Notes under the pieces: generated by a model
Told to the model about the DNA's origin: nothing
Database searches by the model: none
Seen by the model: the letters and a program-made list of their open reading frames with translations, nothing else
NCBI RefSeq assembly: GCF_009914755.1
Contig: NC_060934.1
DNA: 64,000 nucleotides
Origin: the human T2T-CHM13v2.0 reference genome, Homo sapiens
Reading direction: 5' to 3' (one strand)
Shown: positions 40,962 to 55,290 of the stretch, piece by piece
Layout of the letters: each line of letters begins with the position of its first letter
Position numbering within the stretch: the first letter of the stretch is position 1
Translations under genes and position numbers: made by a program

Positions 40962-41810
40962 ATGCTGTACCCATTATTCCTACCACCTGCTTCAAGAACA
41001 AGACATCATTCATCATGTCACACCTGGAGACATTACACCTGTTTTACTCTCCCACTGAGGACACTGAGACCAGATGAGGACACAGCTGTGACCTCCCCTG
41101 AGAGCTTTTGAGGGGAGCTGTTCCATCTCCTCCTCCTGAGTCATCAAGGCTGGAGACACTGCATGTCCATCACTGTCTTCTCATAAACTCCTTGCAAGGT
41201 AGATCATTTCATCCCCATTCTATGGAGAGCAGACAGAGGTTTCAGAAGTGTAAGTCTCATCCCAAAGGTCCCATGGCTAGTCAATGGCAGATATGGATCT
41301 GAGCACAAGCCTTTGGACTCCAAAGCTCTTATTTGTGCATTTCTGCCAATCTGTGAAATATTCCTCTCCATTAGGGTGCATGTGCCCAAGGGTTGGAAAT
41401 AATGGGACAGAATATTCCAGGGGGACTCATTTCTTCATGAGGTGTCATGAATTGCTTTTCAAAAAAAAAAAAATCTCTTGCAGATTTTCGATTCATTGCA
41501 GCCATAATGGTAGCATGAGTTGCTAAAGAGACGGAGGGTAAGGGGTCAGGGAAGGGAGGCATCTCCACGTCGGCGGGCTGGGGAAATCAGAGCCAGCCCA
41601 CGCAGGGCATGCAGCTGCGAATCTGTTGAGGAGGCAGCGTGCTAACAGATGAGGAGATGACGTGAGAGGGAAACTGGTGTCTCCATTTGCCAAGGCCAAG
41701 AATTAAATAAAAATCTCCAGGACCAAGAATAGACTAAAAATCCCCTGACCCCAAGCCCTGGCTTTCGTGTTATAGTCACTCCGCCTCCACCATTCCACTC
41801 TCAAAGTTGA

Positions 41811-42127
41811 TTTTTTTTTCTTTTTCTTTTTCTTTTTTTTTTGAGACGGAGTTTCACTCACTCTGTTGCCCAGGCTGGAGTGCAGTGGTGTGATCTCGAC
41901 TCACTGCAACCTCCACCTCCTGGGTTAAGCAATCCTCCCACCTCAGCCTCCCGAGTAGCTGGGATTACAGGTGTCCGCCACCACACCTGGCTACTTTTTG
42001 TATTTTTAGTACAGACAGAGTTTCACCATGTTGGCCAGCCTGGTCTCAAACTCCCAGCCTCAAGTGATCTGCCTGCCTCGGCCTCCCAAAGTGCTGGGAT
42101 TACAGGTGTGAGCCACTGTGCCTGGCC
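41811..42127 (-). mobile_element. Alu (AluS-like)
   Basis: Antisense dimer; TSD tcaaagttgatttt. Confidence 0.95.
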
Positions 42128-42779
42128 TCAAAGTTGATTTTAATTCAATGTGAGGTTGGATCGTACAAATTAGTTCAAGTCTGGAATGAGAGTAGACACT
42201 CAAATGCATTCTAATGACATAGACGTTCAGAGGTGGAGGGAGGCCCTGGGGATTGCCTGGGCTGGGGGTTCCAGGCTGGGGTGCACATCACATTCCTCAC
42301 TCCCAGGAGCTGTGAGAAGGTGGGAGCAGCCCCGTGGGCCGAGTCGATTGGTCTGGGGTGGGCCTGGGCATTGATGTCTTTTAAAAACTCCCCTAAATGT
42401 TTCTCAGGTGCAGCTGGACTTGAGAACCCCTGAACTAGTTCAACCTCCTGATTTTACAGATAAGAAATCCAACCCTGGGACTTTTAAAGGGTTTTCCTCC
42501 ATTCACCGAGAACCATGCAGGGACCAACTCGGAGATGGTAGCAGGTCCCAGGCCACTGTCCTCCACTCTGGGCCATGCTCCATCCCTGCCAGGTAACCCG
42601 ATGGCAGAGGAATCATCATTGAGGCTGGGAAAACTGAGGATATTTGGAATTTTTGCCAGAGTCTTTAAGTCCACTGAGGCCTCAGAGCATCTGTGTGGGG
42701 GAGGATGGAAACCGGTACTATTGCCCCATGTTACTGCTTTGGAAAATGGAAGAGCTGCAAGCTGAAGTTCTCAAAGGCA

Positions 42780-42980
42780 GTGTAACCCAGTGTTAGGAGC
42801 CCTTGCTGTGGACTCAGATCCAGCTCTGCATGCACTAGCTGTGCATCCTTGGACAAATTACTGAACCTCTCTGAGCTGCAGGTTCCTTGTTTATTAAGTG
42901 GGGTTGACAAGAGTGGTAACTCTTAGCAGTGCTGTATTAAAGGTCCTGGCCCAAATTGAGCACAAAGTAGAATCTGTTAT
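42780..42980 (+). mobile_element. MIR SINE
   Basis: actagctgtgcatccttggacaaattactgaacctctctgagc. Confidence 0.7.
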
Positions 42981-43210
42981 TAGAACGAGTGCTCCCACAT
43001 CACTCTGGCAGTTCCTGTATAGCCAGGATAGAAACACAGATTATCACAAACGAATAAGCTGAGAATCAAAGAAGTCAAACCACTTGTCCAAGATCCCACA
43101 AAAAGTCAGAGACATGCCTGGGCCTAGAACACAGACCCCAGAGCTCTCACTCGGCCTGTAGGCTTCCCACACACACATGCCTAGTTTCCCAGGGGGCCCC
43201 AGGTCAGTAG

Positions 43211-43561
<351 letters not shown>

Positions 43562-44078
43562 TGTGCTGCTTTTAACGAGAGTGCAAAATCAACCCCTTGT
43601 GAGAACTCCTATTGGGGGAGCACATGAAAGGAAAGAGGGAACCCACTGTCCCTGCCACCTCCACGATCAACCCTGGAAAAGGAGTAATTAGGGTCATGAA
43701 TCCTGGGCCACCTCCTGCTTCAAGAGTGTCACTGCCAGCGTGGCCCTGCGCAACCCTCTCCACGGGGCCACAGGACACAGAAGAGCTGGTTTTTTGCAAA
43801 GGAGCACAGACTGCCGAGCTTTGGATTCACCGCCTGATGAGGGGCCATGCATCCTGCTTATGGGGGAGATGACCACCCACGATCCCCAGAGCAGCAGCCA
43901 GGGACACTTCGGAAAGCAGGCCCCACTGCCAGCCAGGCCTCTGGACAGGCCGTATTGGGATTGTCTCTGGAATCAGCTAGAAGAGAGGCAAAGGCCACTG
44001 GGGCGATGGCGAGAAACCCTCTCCCCATTCTCCAAGGGTCTTTTCTTCCAACAAGATTCGCTCATGCCAGTGTCATTT

Positions 44079-44208
44079 CTCATTTATGCCTAGTGTTCCA
44101 TTATTGGAACGCTAAGCATGTGGTAGTTATTTATATCCTACTGCTCAAGGTCATTGCCAAGGTCTGATTGCAAAAATTCAAAAAATTGCAACCTCAGACA
44201 TAAATGGG
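44079..44208 (+). mobile_element. MER85 piggyBac (PGBD3-family) MITE
   Basis: TIRs C(T)CATTTATGCCT / AGACATAAATGGG, right-side TTAA, internal palindrome GTTCCATTATTGGAAC. Confidence 0.92.
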
Positions 44209-45666
44209 TTAAAAGAGACAAGCAAAAGAAGTCAGGAGGAAATGGATCAACCAAGCAGCACTTGTGACACAGGCCACTCTGTGCCCAGCACTGAGAGAGA
44301 TTCAAGAGGCACCCACAGCAGGGGGGCAGGATGTGACCCCACTCTCCCAGTGCAGGGAAGTCTATGCTCAGTAGCAACTGGCGGTGTGACCTGGACCACG
44401 CTCCTTGCCCTCTCTGGGCCTCAGCAGCTCCTTTATAGAGTGACCAGGCCACAGGAAGCTCTGACATTCCATGACGTTTGGGCCCATGGGAAATGAACCA
44501 CGCAGGGCTGGTTGCTAGGGAAGCCAAGTAGGGGAGTTAGCTATTCAGGGAGGGGCTGTGTCCCAGACCCCAGCGCAATGGCAGCACGGGAGGTCGTCCC
44601 CACAGCCTCCACCCAGCCCCTAGAGGTTTGAGGAAGAGCACACTGTGTCCCCTTGGGAAATGTCTCTTTAGAAACTGGAATTGTTTTGACCTGGAAGAGA
44701 GGAATGCCACAGGGACCTTAGATGCCAACGTAGGTCATTTAGATTCTACTCTACTGGGACTTGGGAGCACTATGGGATTTCTGAGAGCAGGGAAATAATC
44801 TACCCAGGGTTTAAAATGATTGCAGGCTGGAAAACCAGAGGAGAGAGTCTAGCCTGGGTGCTGCCCAAAGGTGGGGCTGGGGGCCTCTTTGGAGCCCCTC
44901 CATTCAGCCCGATACATTCCCATTAAATTAGAAAATTGGAGCCTATTTAAAGGCTTTTTCCCCCAAACATTTTCTAAGGACTTGAAGGCAGCAAGAGAGC
45001 ACGAAAACGTGCATCCGGCCGGAGGGAGCTCCATTTGCCAACCTGAAATCTCTGCTTCTCATTAATTAGAGGAGCCGAGAAATCATCCTTCAAAAACTGG
45101 CTTTCCAACCAGAAATTCCAACGGCTCCACCTTTTGTGGGAACCGTGCTGCTGGCCACCTCTGGAGCCTGAGCCCCAGATGGCAAAGTGCCCTGGCCGCG
45201 CAATTGAGATAGCCGCTCGGTGCCATCTTTGCCTGTCAATGGCCGTGTGGAGAGCCATCCACTCACAACCTCTTTATCTGTCTGTTTCATGAGCCATCCA
45301 CTGCCCAGCACTCCTCCCCGGAGCCCCGCTGGCCGAGATGCCAATCGGGATGCCAAGCACTGGCCGCGGCTTCCTCTCCTGCTTCCGGCAGCAGCATCTG
45401 CATCTTTGTTTGGCTCCGGCCTCGCTCCCTGGCTGGCTGCACTCCTGGCCTGGCAGGAGCAGCTTGGGGGGCTGCGGTGGCAGGTGGTGACAGCTCCCTA
45501 CGTCAGGCTTCCAGCGCTGTGGCCTCTTTCCTGCTCAGCCACACATGGGCTGCCTGAAAGCAGAGGGCAAGGCAATGTGCCCACCGAAGGGACTCATGCA
45601 ATCCGGTGTGCTCTGAGCCCGCCAGACAACACCTGGATCTCAGCCCCACAAATGGACACAGAAGAT

Positions 45667-46815
45667 GTATCACCAAAACAAATCCATCTTTGGTCTCTGT
45701 CCCTGGTTCCTGGCACAGAACTGCTAAAACCCTTAAAATTTCCTGAATGTCAGAAGTACTAAGCACATCCCTGGTTCTAATATTTGGTCTTTGACCCCAG
45801 TATCTGACACAGAGCTCCTAAACCCTTTGGGAGGATAGGAGCATCTTTTGTTCTAATGAGCAATTCTTGGTGGGCTCCTGGGTGGGGGCTGGTCGCCAGA
45901 AAGATCAAGCCAGGATTAGAAGCTTGGAACTTTCAAGCTTCCACGCCCATCCTCGGGGAGGGGAGAAGGGCTGGAGATTGAGTTAATAATAGAGAATGCC
46001 AGCGAGGTGCATCACACTCACGCCTGTAATGCCAGCACTTTGGGAGGCTAACATGGGAAGACCACTTGAGCCCAGGAGTTTGAGACCAGCCTGGACAACC
46101 TAGTAAAACCCATCTCTACAAAAAAATGGAAACTTATCTAGGCATGATGGCACATGCCTGCAGACCCAGGGACTGGGGAGGCTGAAGGAGGAAGATTGTT
46201 TGAGCCCCAGAGGTCAAGGCTGCACCAAGTTGTGACTGCACCACTGTGCTCCAGCCTGGACCACAGAGAGACCCTGTCCCACTCCAAGAAAATAATCCAT
46301 CATGCCTAAGCCTCACAAAATCCCTAGAAGACGAGGTTTGGAGAGCCTCTGGGTTGGTGAGCATTCCCACCAGCCAGCAAGGTGGGAGACCCCAACTCCA
46401 CGGGGGAGACCCCAACTCCACAGGGAAGAAGCTCCTGTGCCCGGGACCCTTCCGGACCTCATCCTGTGCACTCTTCATCTGGCTGCCCATTGGCATCCTC
46501 TATCATATCTTTCATAAGAAACCAGTCAAAGTTTTCTGCATTCTGTGAGTCATCATAGCAAATGATTCAACCTGAGGATGGGGTTATGGGAACCCCTGAT
46601 TTGTAGCCAAGTCAAATAGAAGTGTGGGTGACCTGGGGGCCCACTGCTATGACAGGCGTCTGACACAGCATGGGGGGGCAGTCTTGTGGCACTGAGCCCT
46701 TCGCCTGTGGGGCCCGCACTAATCCAGCTGGTCAGTGTCATAGCTGCATTGAAGACACCCAGGTGGGGTCCAGAGAGTTGGAGAATGTGCGGGTGTGGGA
46801 AAAGCTCCCATGCAT
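45667..46815 (+). mobile_element. MER21-type LTR containing an AluJ (45998-46293)
   Basis: tttggtctctgtccctggttcctggcacaga...ttttgttctaatgag...gaagacacccag. Confidence 0.8.
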
Positions 46816-47371
46816 CCAGTGGGAGGCACAGAGAAAGCAGTGTGCTTCTCCTATTTAGACAGGGGCACCCCCGGAGCATATGTGCAGAGCCCTGAGGCTT
46901 CCCACGAGGGAGGGGGACAGGGAGGAGAGAAGGCAGAGAGACAGACGGCCACTTCCCAGGACCACTGCTATCAAGGCAGGAGGGTGCTGACTCTGAGAGG
47001 AAGAACCAGGACCTCAGGGTGGAAACCACAGAGAGACTAATTGCATTTCCATGAAGGAAAGACGTGTTCAGCAAACGTGTGTGGGCCGCCTCTGGAGATG
47101 ACATCTGTCCCAGTGAAGTATCGGAGTGGAGGCCAGGAGCCAATGGCAAGGGCCATTGAAGGCTGGACTCCACCTCAACCCATGCCTCCAAGGCAGCCCA
47201 GGAAGTGTGCATCAATCTGCAACCTCCAAGAGGAGATCAATTCCACCCCCAATTCTGCCATGCCTTTGTTGACAATGGGATTCAGCAAGTCACCTAACCT
47301 CTCAAAGCCTCAGGCTTCTTGTCTGTAAAATGACAGGTCTCTGAAAAGACCACCTCTCAGTCATCTCCAGT

Positions 47372-47669
<298 letters not shown>

Positions 47670-48977
47670 TCCAATCTCACGCGTGGCAGTGCAACCAAGC
47701 CCCCATTCTCACCCCTCTCCTGTGGCCAGAGAGACGCTGGGCCTGAGGCCCCTTAGAGCTGACTCAGTGGATGAAGGTGCTTCGAGGTAACCCAGTCAGA
47801 AGGCAGTGCTGGGGGCGGGGGCTGTGGAGGACTTCCTATTGCATAATAAGGTTGGTATTAGGCCAGCAGGGAGGCTCTGAATCTCAAACGTAAAACCGAT
47901 GAGGACTTTTGGCAGAAATGACCCCTTTCAATGTAAGATGTATCTGACTGATGTTAGGAACTTAAAGTAAATCAAGGGGGAAAAAGGGCAATTGCAACTG
48001 AGAGCGGAAAATCCCCACCGCCACCCCTGTCATCCACCAGGCAGCAGAATGGATGGTGTACCTGGCTCGTGACTGTCTCCAGAGGTGAAGAAAGCTTACA
48101 AAACAGCAGAAGAAACTAGAAACTTCTCAAATTCTAGGGCAGTCTGAGGGTGGAGGTGGAGCAGAGGAGAAGGGGAGTCAGGGAAAAGGAAGGAGTTCAA
48201 AGGGCGGAAAAACTGGGTGGGAAGGAAACAGTAAGGCAGAGAGGGCACAACGCGCCGGGCCAGGAGTGTCCTCCCCGGGGCCATCCCAAAGGCCTGAGCC
48301 CAGACGGCCATGCTCTCAGAGAGTAAAAGGGACACGAGGTCACTAGACCAGGACTAGGCATGGGAGGAGTGTCTATTGCCTGACTTTTCTCTTCTCACCC
48401 CTCCCTCTGAAGCTCTGACTTCTCACCAAAGACCTTACCATCTATGTGAACACCCTGGTCTCTCCTGTGCTCATGTGTATGTTTACTTTAAGGGGATAGT
48501 GGCCAAGCTGGTCACCAGCTACAAGCATAGACTAAGCCCCAACCCCAGCTCCCAGGGAACCCAGGCAAGAAAATCATGTTTAGCATGGGCTATGAGCCCC
48601 CTTCAATGGCTGAAAAAATAGTAAGAGAGAGTCCTTTAGGCTCTCTCCTCCCACTCTTAGCTCACATCCTGGGCAAAAAGATATGGAGCCTGTTGCATGG
48701 GTTATAGAAGAAAAGGGGGAAAGGTTACCGTCTTGGATCTCTAAACCTTGAAGCAAAGCTATGGCTGAATCACATCTAGGGTCCCACGGAGTCAGAGCTG
48801 AGTCCTTCCACACTGCAGAGCTGTTTGGCATCCAGAGCCATGGTTATGGAGATTGGAATCGCCTCTCAAAGCAAGAAGGACTTGGAATGGGCAGCTGGGA
48901 ACTTGGCTCTGGAATGTTCTTAGAAGGTGGGTATGAGCACTCCTCTTCTGGCACAAACTTTTCATTTCTTCCTTCTC

Positions 48978-49239
48978 TTTTTTTATAAAGAGGAGATCTT
49001 GCTATGTTGCCCATCCTGGATTCAAATTCCTGGGCTCAAGAGATCCTCCCACTTCAGCCTCTCAAATAGCTGGAACTACAAGTATGCCATCATGCCAGGC
49101 TAATAGTTTTTTTTTTCTTTGTAAAGACAGGGGTCTCACTATGTTGCCCAGGCTGATCTCAAACTCCTGGCCTCATGTAGTCCTCTTGTCTCAGCCTCCC
49201 AAAGTGCTGAGATTCCAGGAATGCACCACAGTGCCCAGC
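48978..49239 (-). mobile_element. Tandem FLAM-like monomers (Alu-like dimer lacking the right-arm insert)
   Basis: Both halves read ctatgttgccca...ctgg/ctga...tcaaa.tcctgg with no gagtgcagtgg segment. Confidence 0.7.
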
Positions 49240-49268
49240 TCTGGCCCAAAATGTTCAAACATAGATGA

Positions 49269-49616
49269 TGTCTTAGCTTGGAGAGCTATAACAGAATACC
49301 ACAAACCAGTGGCTTACACAACATTTATATATCATGGTTCTGAAGGCTGGGAAGTCCAAGATAAGGTGCCAGCTGATTCAGTTCCTAGTGAGGGCTCTCT
49401 TCCTGGTTTACAGATGCCACCTTCTTGCTATAGCCTCATACGATGGAGAGAGAGATCATCTCTCTTGTGTCTCTGATAAGGGCACTAATCCCATTGATCA
49501 GGGCTCCACTGTCAGGACCCAATCACCTGCCAAATGCCCCACCTCCAAATACCATCACCTTGGGGGTTAAAGCTTCAACAAATGAACTTTGAAGGAACAC
49601 AAACATTGTCCGTATC
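49269..49616 (-). mobile_element. MLT1A-type MaLR LTR
   Basis: tgtcttagcttgg...gttctgaaggctgggaagtccaagataagg...gaacacaaacatt. Confidence 0.8.
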
Positions 49617-50355
49617 AGATAGCTTCCTGAAAGAAGAGGCAGATCTGTTAGAATAAAGAGTTCTGGGAGGATTTGGGAAGAGTTTAAGTTTCTCAGTGCC
49701 TGGAGAAAAGGGGGTGAAGAGACCCATGAGCAAGAGTGACATTGGAGGGAGCTGTGGCAAGGCAGTGGAGAAGGAGGCAAAGACGTCAGGAAGCCTAGCA
49801 CGACACAGCCAGAAGTCTGCTTGGAAAAACTGACAGTTCACAAACAACCTCAGGCTCCATGAACAGCCTGAGGGACTTCCAGAAGCTTCGTGATTAGCCC
49901 CAGAGGAAGAGGAGAAAGTGGAGGCCATAGAAATTTTAAAGAAAGAGAATACTGCTGAAAGCTCAAGTCTTAGGGATGAAAAAAGAAATAGTTACAGAGA
50001 TAGACGTTAGCAGCTGCCGCAAACAGAGTGGGGATGGGGGGTCCACCCTCCTCCTAGGACACGGAGCCTGATGTCCAACTCAAGGCTTCACCCTCCCATG
50101 TCAGTTACTACTGTCCAGCGGGACGGTAGAAAAGATGGGCTGCGTATGTCCTGTGGAATATTTCTCAGTGGTGAAGATGTGGTTCAGTCAGAAAATAGGT
50201 TAGGGTCATAGATTAGAGCCTCTGGGCCAGCCTTCACTGAGGACCAAAGCTGCCCCTGGGCTCTTGGCCCCAACCCCCTGGCTGGTGGGGCCAGAGGTGA
50301 TACAAGTGCAAATTCAAGACAGGAAGGCATCCCTCCCAGCCATGCCAGGTATCAG

Positions 50356-50716
50356 TGCATTAGTCTGTTCTCACGCTGCTGATAAATCCATAACCAAGAC
50401 TGGGTAATTTATAAAGAAAAAGAGGTTTAATGGACTCATAGTTCCACATGGCTGGGGAGACCTCACAATCACGGCGGAAGGCGAAAGGCACATTTACGTG
50501 GTGGCAGGGAAGAGAGAATGAAAACCAAGCGAAAGGGGTTTCCCCTTACAAAACTATCAGATCTCATGAGACTTCTTCACTACCCCAATAACAGTATGGG
50601 GGAAACCTCCCACATGATTCAATGATCTCCCACCAGGTCGCTCCCACAACACATGGGAATTATGGGAGCTGCAATTCAATATGAGATTTGGGTGGGGACA
50701 CAGCCAAACCATATCA
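50356..50716 (-). mobile_element. THE1 (THE1C-like) solo LTR
   Basis: Complete LTR with perfect TSD ATCAG. Confidence 0.92.
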
Positions 50717-52107
50717 ATCAGGTAATAAGTTCATGCTCCTTCCTGGTGCTGTCCAAGCCACATCTCACACACATCTTACTGCAGGACTGGACAGTGCCAG
50801 GCGTTGGACGCAAGGTGACGACAGAGCCTCTCTCAGGTGCTTGTCATGAGCCATGAATTCCCGAGGTGGCATGAGAGAAGTTGTGCCCCACCCTCAGGGC
50901 CTGGCAAAGTGGACCAGGTTAGTGGGACAAATCCTACCCCATTCCAGGTGTCAGCCCATTATTTCCAGCAACCTGCTTGAATCAACAGCCAGTCCCTATG
51001 GCTACTGGTGCACACCTTCTCAGAGCCTGGCAAGTAGGACTGCAGTTTCCAGCTCTGCGCAGCAGGTGGGGAAGAACTCAGAGAACAGAGCCCAGGCGAC
51101 AAGACTCCAACAGCATCCCATACTTTGCCCTCCAAGAATGGTACGTGAGAGAGGTTAGTAGCTCCCCCAAACATGGTGGGGACAGGGGGGCTCCACCCTC
51201 GTCCTAGGACTGGGAGTCTGAGGTCCAACTCAGGATTCCACCCTCTCATGTCAGTTACACCCTCCCATGTACAGTAGGGTAATAGCAAAGGTGGGTTCAC
51301 TTTTGCTGTGAGAAGGGGAGTGGTCTCCAGTTACAAGGCCCTGGAGCGCCCTAGAGATCAACAATTTAAGGAACTCTATTGAAGAACACCCATGACCAGC
51401 ATTATGTGGGAATCCCTGTTTGAGGTAAGTGCATACCCAGCTGGCTGAAGAGAAGAAAAGGGGCAGGAGGGGAGGTTCAGAAGCTCCATGGACGTCAGAC
51501 TGCGGGGGGCCTTGCACACCATGCTGAGAGGTGCGGACTTTTCTTGAAGCAATAGGAAGACTGTCGAGCCAGGCAGGAGGGCAGAGCAGTTAGGGCCCAT
51601 TTGTGTCTTTGCAGCTCCTCTTGCTTCCCCCAGGTGGTCTCCCTTCCAGTTCTGTCTCCACCAGACCAGTGCTAGCAGTGAGGGGACTGCAAGGAACTTC
51701 CTGAACTAATTAAAGACAGTGGGAGATGCGGATTCAGAGGGAGGGCATCTAATGAGTGTTAAATGCGACGTAACATTGACAAAACCTCAATGCTTTGTCA
51801 ATGAAAGGTTTTACCGATTAAAACCTCAATAACAAAGAAGAGCTGTTCATTCAATTATTGCTCTTAGGCAGAGGAGAGAAATATTTTGATCCATCCCTGA
51901 TGCTGAGTGACCTATTTCTATATCAAAGATAATCATAAAACTGCCTTTTATGGAAAGCGGATCTGGTTCACCCAGTAGCTCTGTGTTGTCCTGTGGTCCA
52001 TATTGGGTTTTTGTGCAAGTCCAGGAGCTGAGACAAAGCATTTTGCTCTGCATAAAAGAAGAGAGGACAGCCACCAAGGTTAGGTACTTTCTGAGGACAG
52101 GGAGTAG

Positions 52108-52444
<337 letters not shown>

Positions 52445-53681
52445 AGAAACAAAACATCTAAAATGCATCCTGAAGTAGTTTGCTGTGGCGTGATCCCCTG
52501 TAACTGTCTCCCCTATGAGATCTGTAAATTCTCACCAATTGCTCACTCCTGCTATCGCGGGAGGGGATGCTTTTTGAGTTCTGTACCCACGTAGGTGCAG
52601 GATCAAGACAGAGGATGTTCCCACGGCGCTGGGGCCGGAGGATGAGGGTTGGCAGATGTCTGGCTCCAGTGGATGGATCATGAATCATCCAATGCTGAGT
52701 GTAGGCTGCCGGGTCCTGAGACACCCCTTAGGAGGGGACGGGGCTGGGAGAGGCAGGGTGGACAAACTGACTGGCACATCCTGGGGACAGTGGGAGGAAT
52801 CCACCAGCATGCTGATCTGTGACCTGCCTCTTCTCTCCATTTGTGGGATGAGCTTTGATTCTCATATCCCAGCAGGGGCGTGGGGAGGGCAGGAAACCAA
52901 CACAACAAAAACCCAGAGGCAGTTTGTCATGGAAAAAAAAATTAATAATAAGAGGCTTTCACGCCAAGCCCTGCTCTGACAATCTGACTGTTCACCCTGT
53001 ATTTTAAGTGAAGGCTTAGAAAAAAAGAATATATCTCTATATAAAAGCAATAGAAATCCTCCCAGAAAGAAGGCTTCCCTGCCTGTCTCTCTCCAGCCCT
53101 CACATCACCCTATGGCTCTCCCGAGCTTGATACAACTTGCAGTCGAAATGGAAGGCTGTAATTACAGCGAGACTGGCAGAAGCTGCTGTTCAAATTAAAC
53201 TCCTTTAAAAAAAATTCCTTTTCAATAAAGAGAGGCTAAACTCAGCATGCTTTAGCCATTACCATAGCACTTTTCTCCCAGGAGGATTAACAAATATGAA
53301 GTATGGGGCCTAGAAATTTTGATCAGGCAAAGCATTTTAAAGGGTTTTATTCTCTCCCTCTGTCATTAAACTTGCACTACTGTGATTCAATTCCGTATCT
53401 AATGTGGACACACACATGCGTGCTGCATCCCGTCTACCCGTGGAGGACAATGGGACCTTCTGCAGGAATGAGTCTGTCTGTTAGGATCTACGAGGGGAAA
53501 AACTGTGCCTCTAAAATATACATAAAAGTGACCCCATATAGAAACGGGTGAAAACAAGTGTGTTTTCATTGCTAGGGTGGTGGTTTTGAACTTGGGCACA
53601 CAAGACGAAGATATTTATCAGCTCAAAGAAGCAGATCTCGGTTTGGGAAGGTGATTTATGGGAAACCAAACAAAAAACCTA

Positions 53682-54273
<592 letters not shown>

Positions 54274-55290
54274 AGAAACCAACTCAAGCCAGCTTAGGAG
54301 AAAAGAGGTACATACTATAAAGACGGAGGGGATAACTCAGGAAATTCACACAGGTAGGCCTCCAGAAAGTCCTGGAAGAAGGAACTAGAGAATCTTCAGA
54401 AACCCAGGCCATTCTCAGTCTCTTCCTCCCCTCTTCCCCCACCTCTGCCTCATTCCCTGTCCGACAGCCCAGTTCTCCACTTCTCAGTCCATGTGGCTGC
54501 GCACAAAAACCCTGCAGTCCTTGGGGCTCTTGGGACTGGACACACATTTCCCATCATGCAGCTGCCTGCAGGGGCCGCCTGGCCATTCCTGAGTCCCAGA
54601 GCGAGAATGTGGTTGGTCCACACGCCCTCCTCCCTCCAACACCAGCAGGAAGCGGTCGTATGATGCCAGCCTGGCCGGAGCCCACTCCTGGAGGAGCACG
54701 CCTGGGCTAGAGATGGCGCAGGAGATGAGGTAAGAGAAGGTTCAGGAAAAGGGGAAGGGAAAATGTGGAAAGGAGCAAAGGGGGACAAGAGAAGCCTTTT
54801 ATCTTCCTGTTCTCAGGAAGCTTGGGGTCTCCTGCACCCTCAGTTTGAAAAGCCGAAAAAACAGTGCAGGAAGAAATGGTCACACAGATGCTGAGGTGTG
54901 TGTGTCGTGGAAGCCTCTGGAATCCTCCCCTCCACATCCCTGCCTCACTCAGGAGCTACTCACAGGGGCAGGCTGTTGGACCCTCCTTATCCAGGGAGAC
55001 TCTAGAGGAAAATGAACCCTGAGTGAGGACAGTCTCCACACCACAACCTTCCTTCCTGACAGCCTCTCACTACCCCCCAGACTTCACCTCCCACCATGAA
55101 CACCTTCCTCTTAGCTGTCCTTCTCCAAATAGGCCTCATTAAAGAGGCCACATAGGATCTGAGCACCAAATCCACACACCATTCCCCTTAATGATATTTT
55201 CAAATCTTCCTTTCACTTCCATTTATTCCTGAACAATCAGCAGTGAAAAGGAAATAGACAAGATCTAGGAATCAACGTTCCCATTGCCTT

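Noticed and set aside
46553-47215. 220-aa minus-strand ORF
   Set aside because: Partly antisense MER21 LTR; no domain
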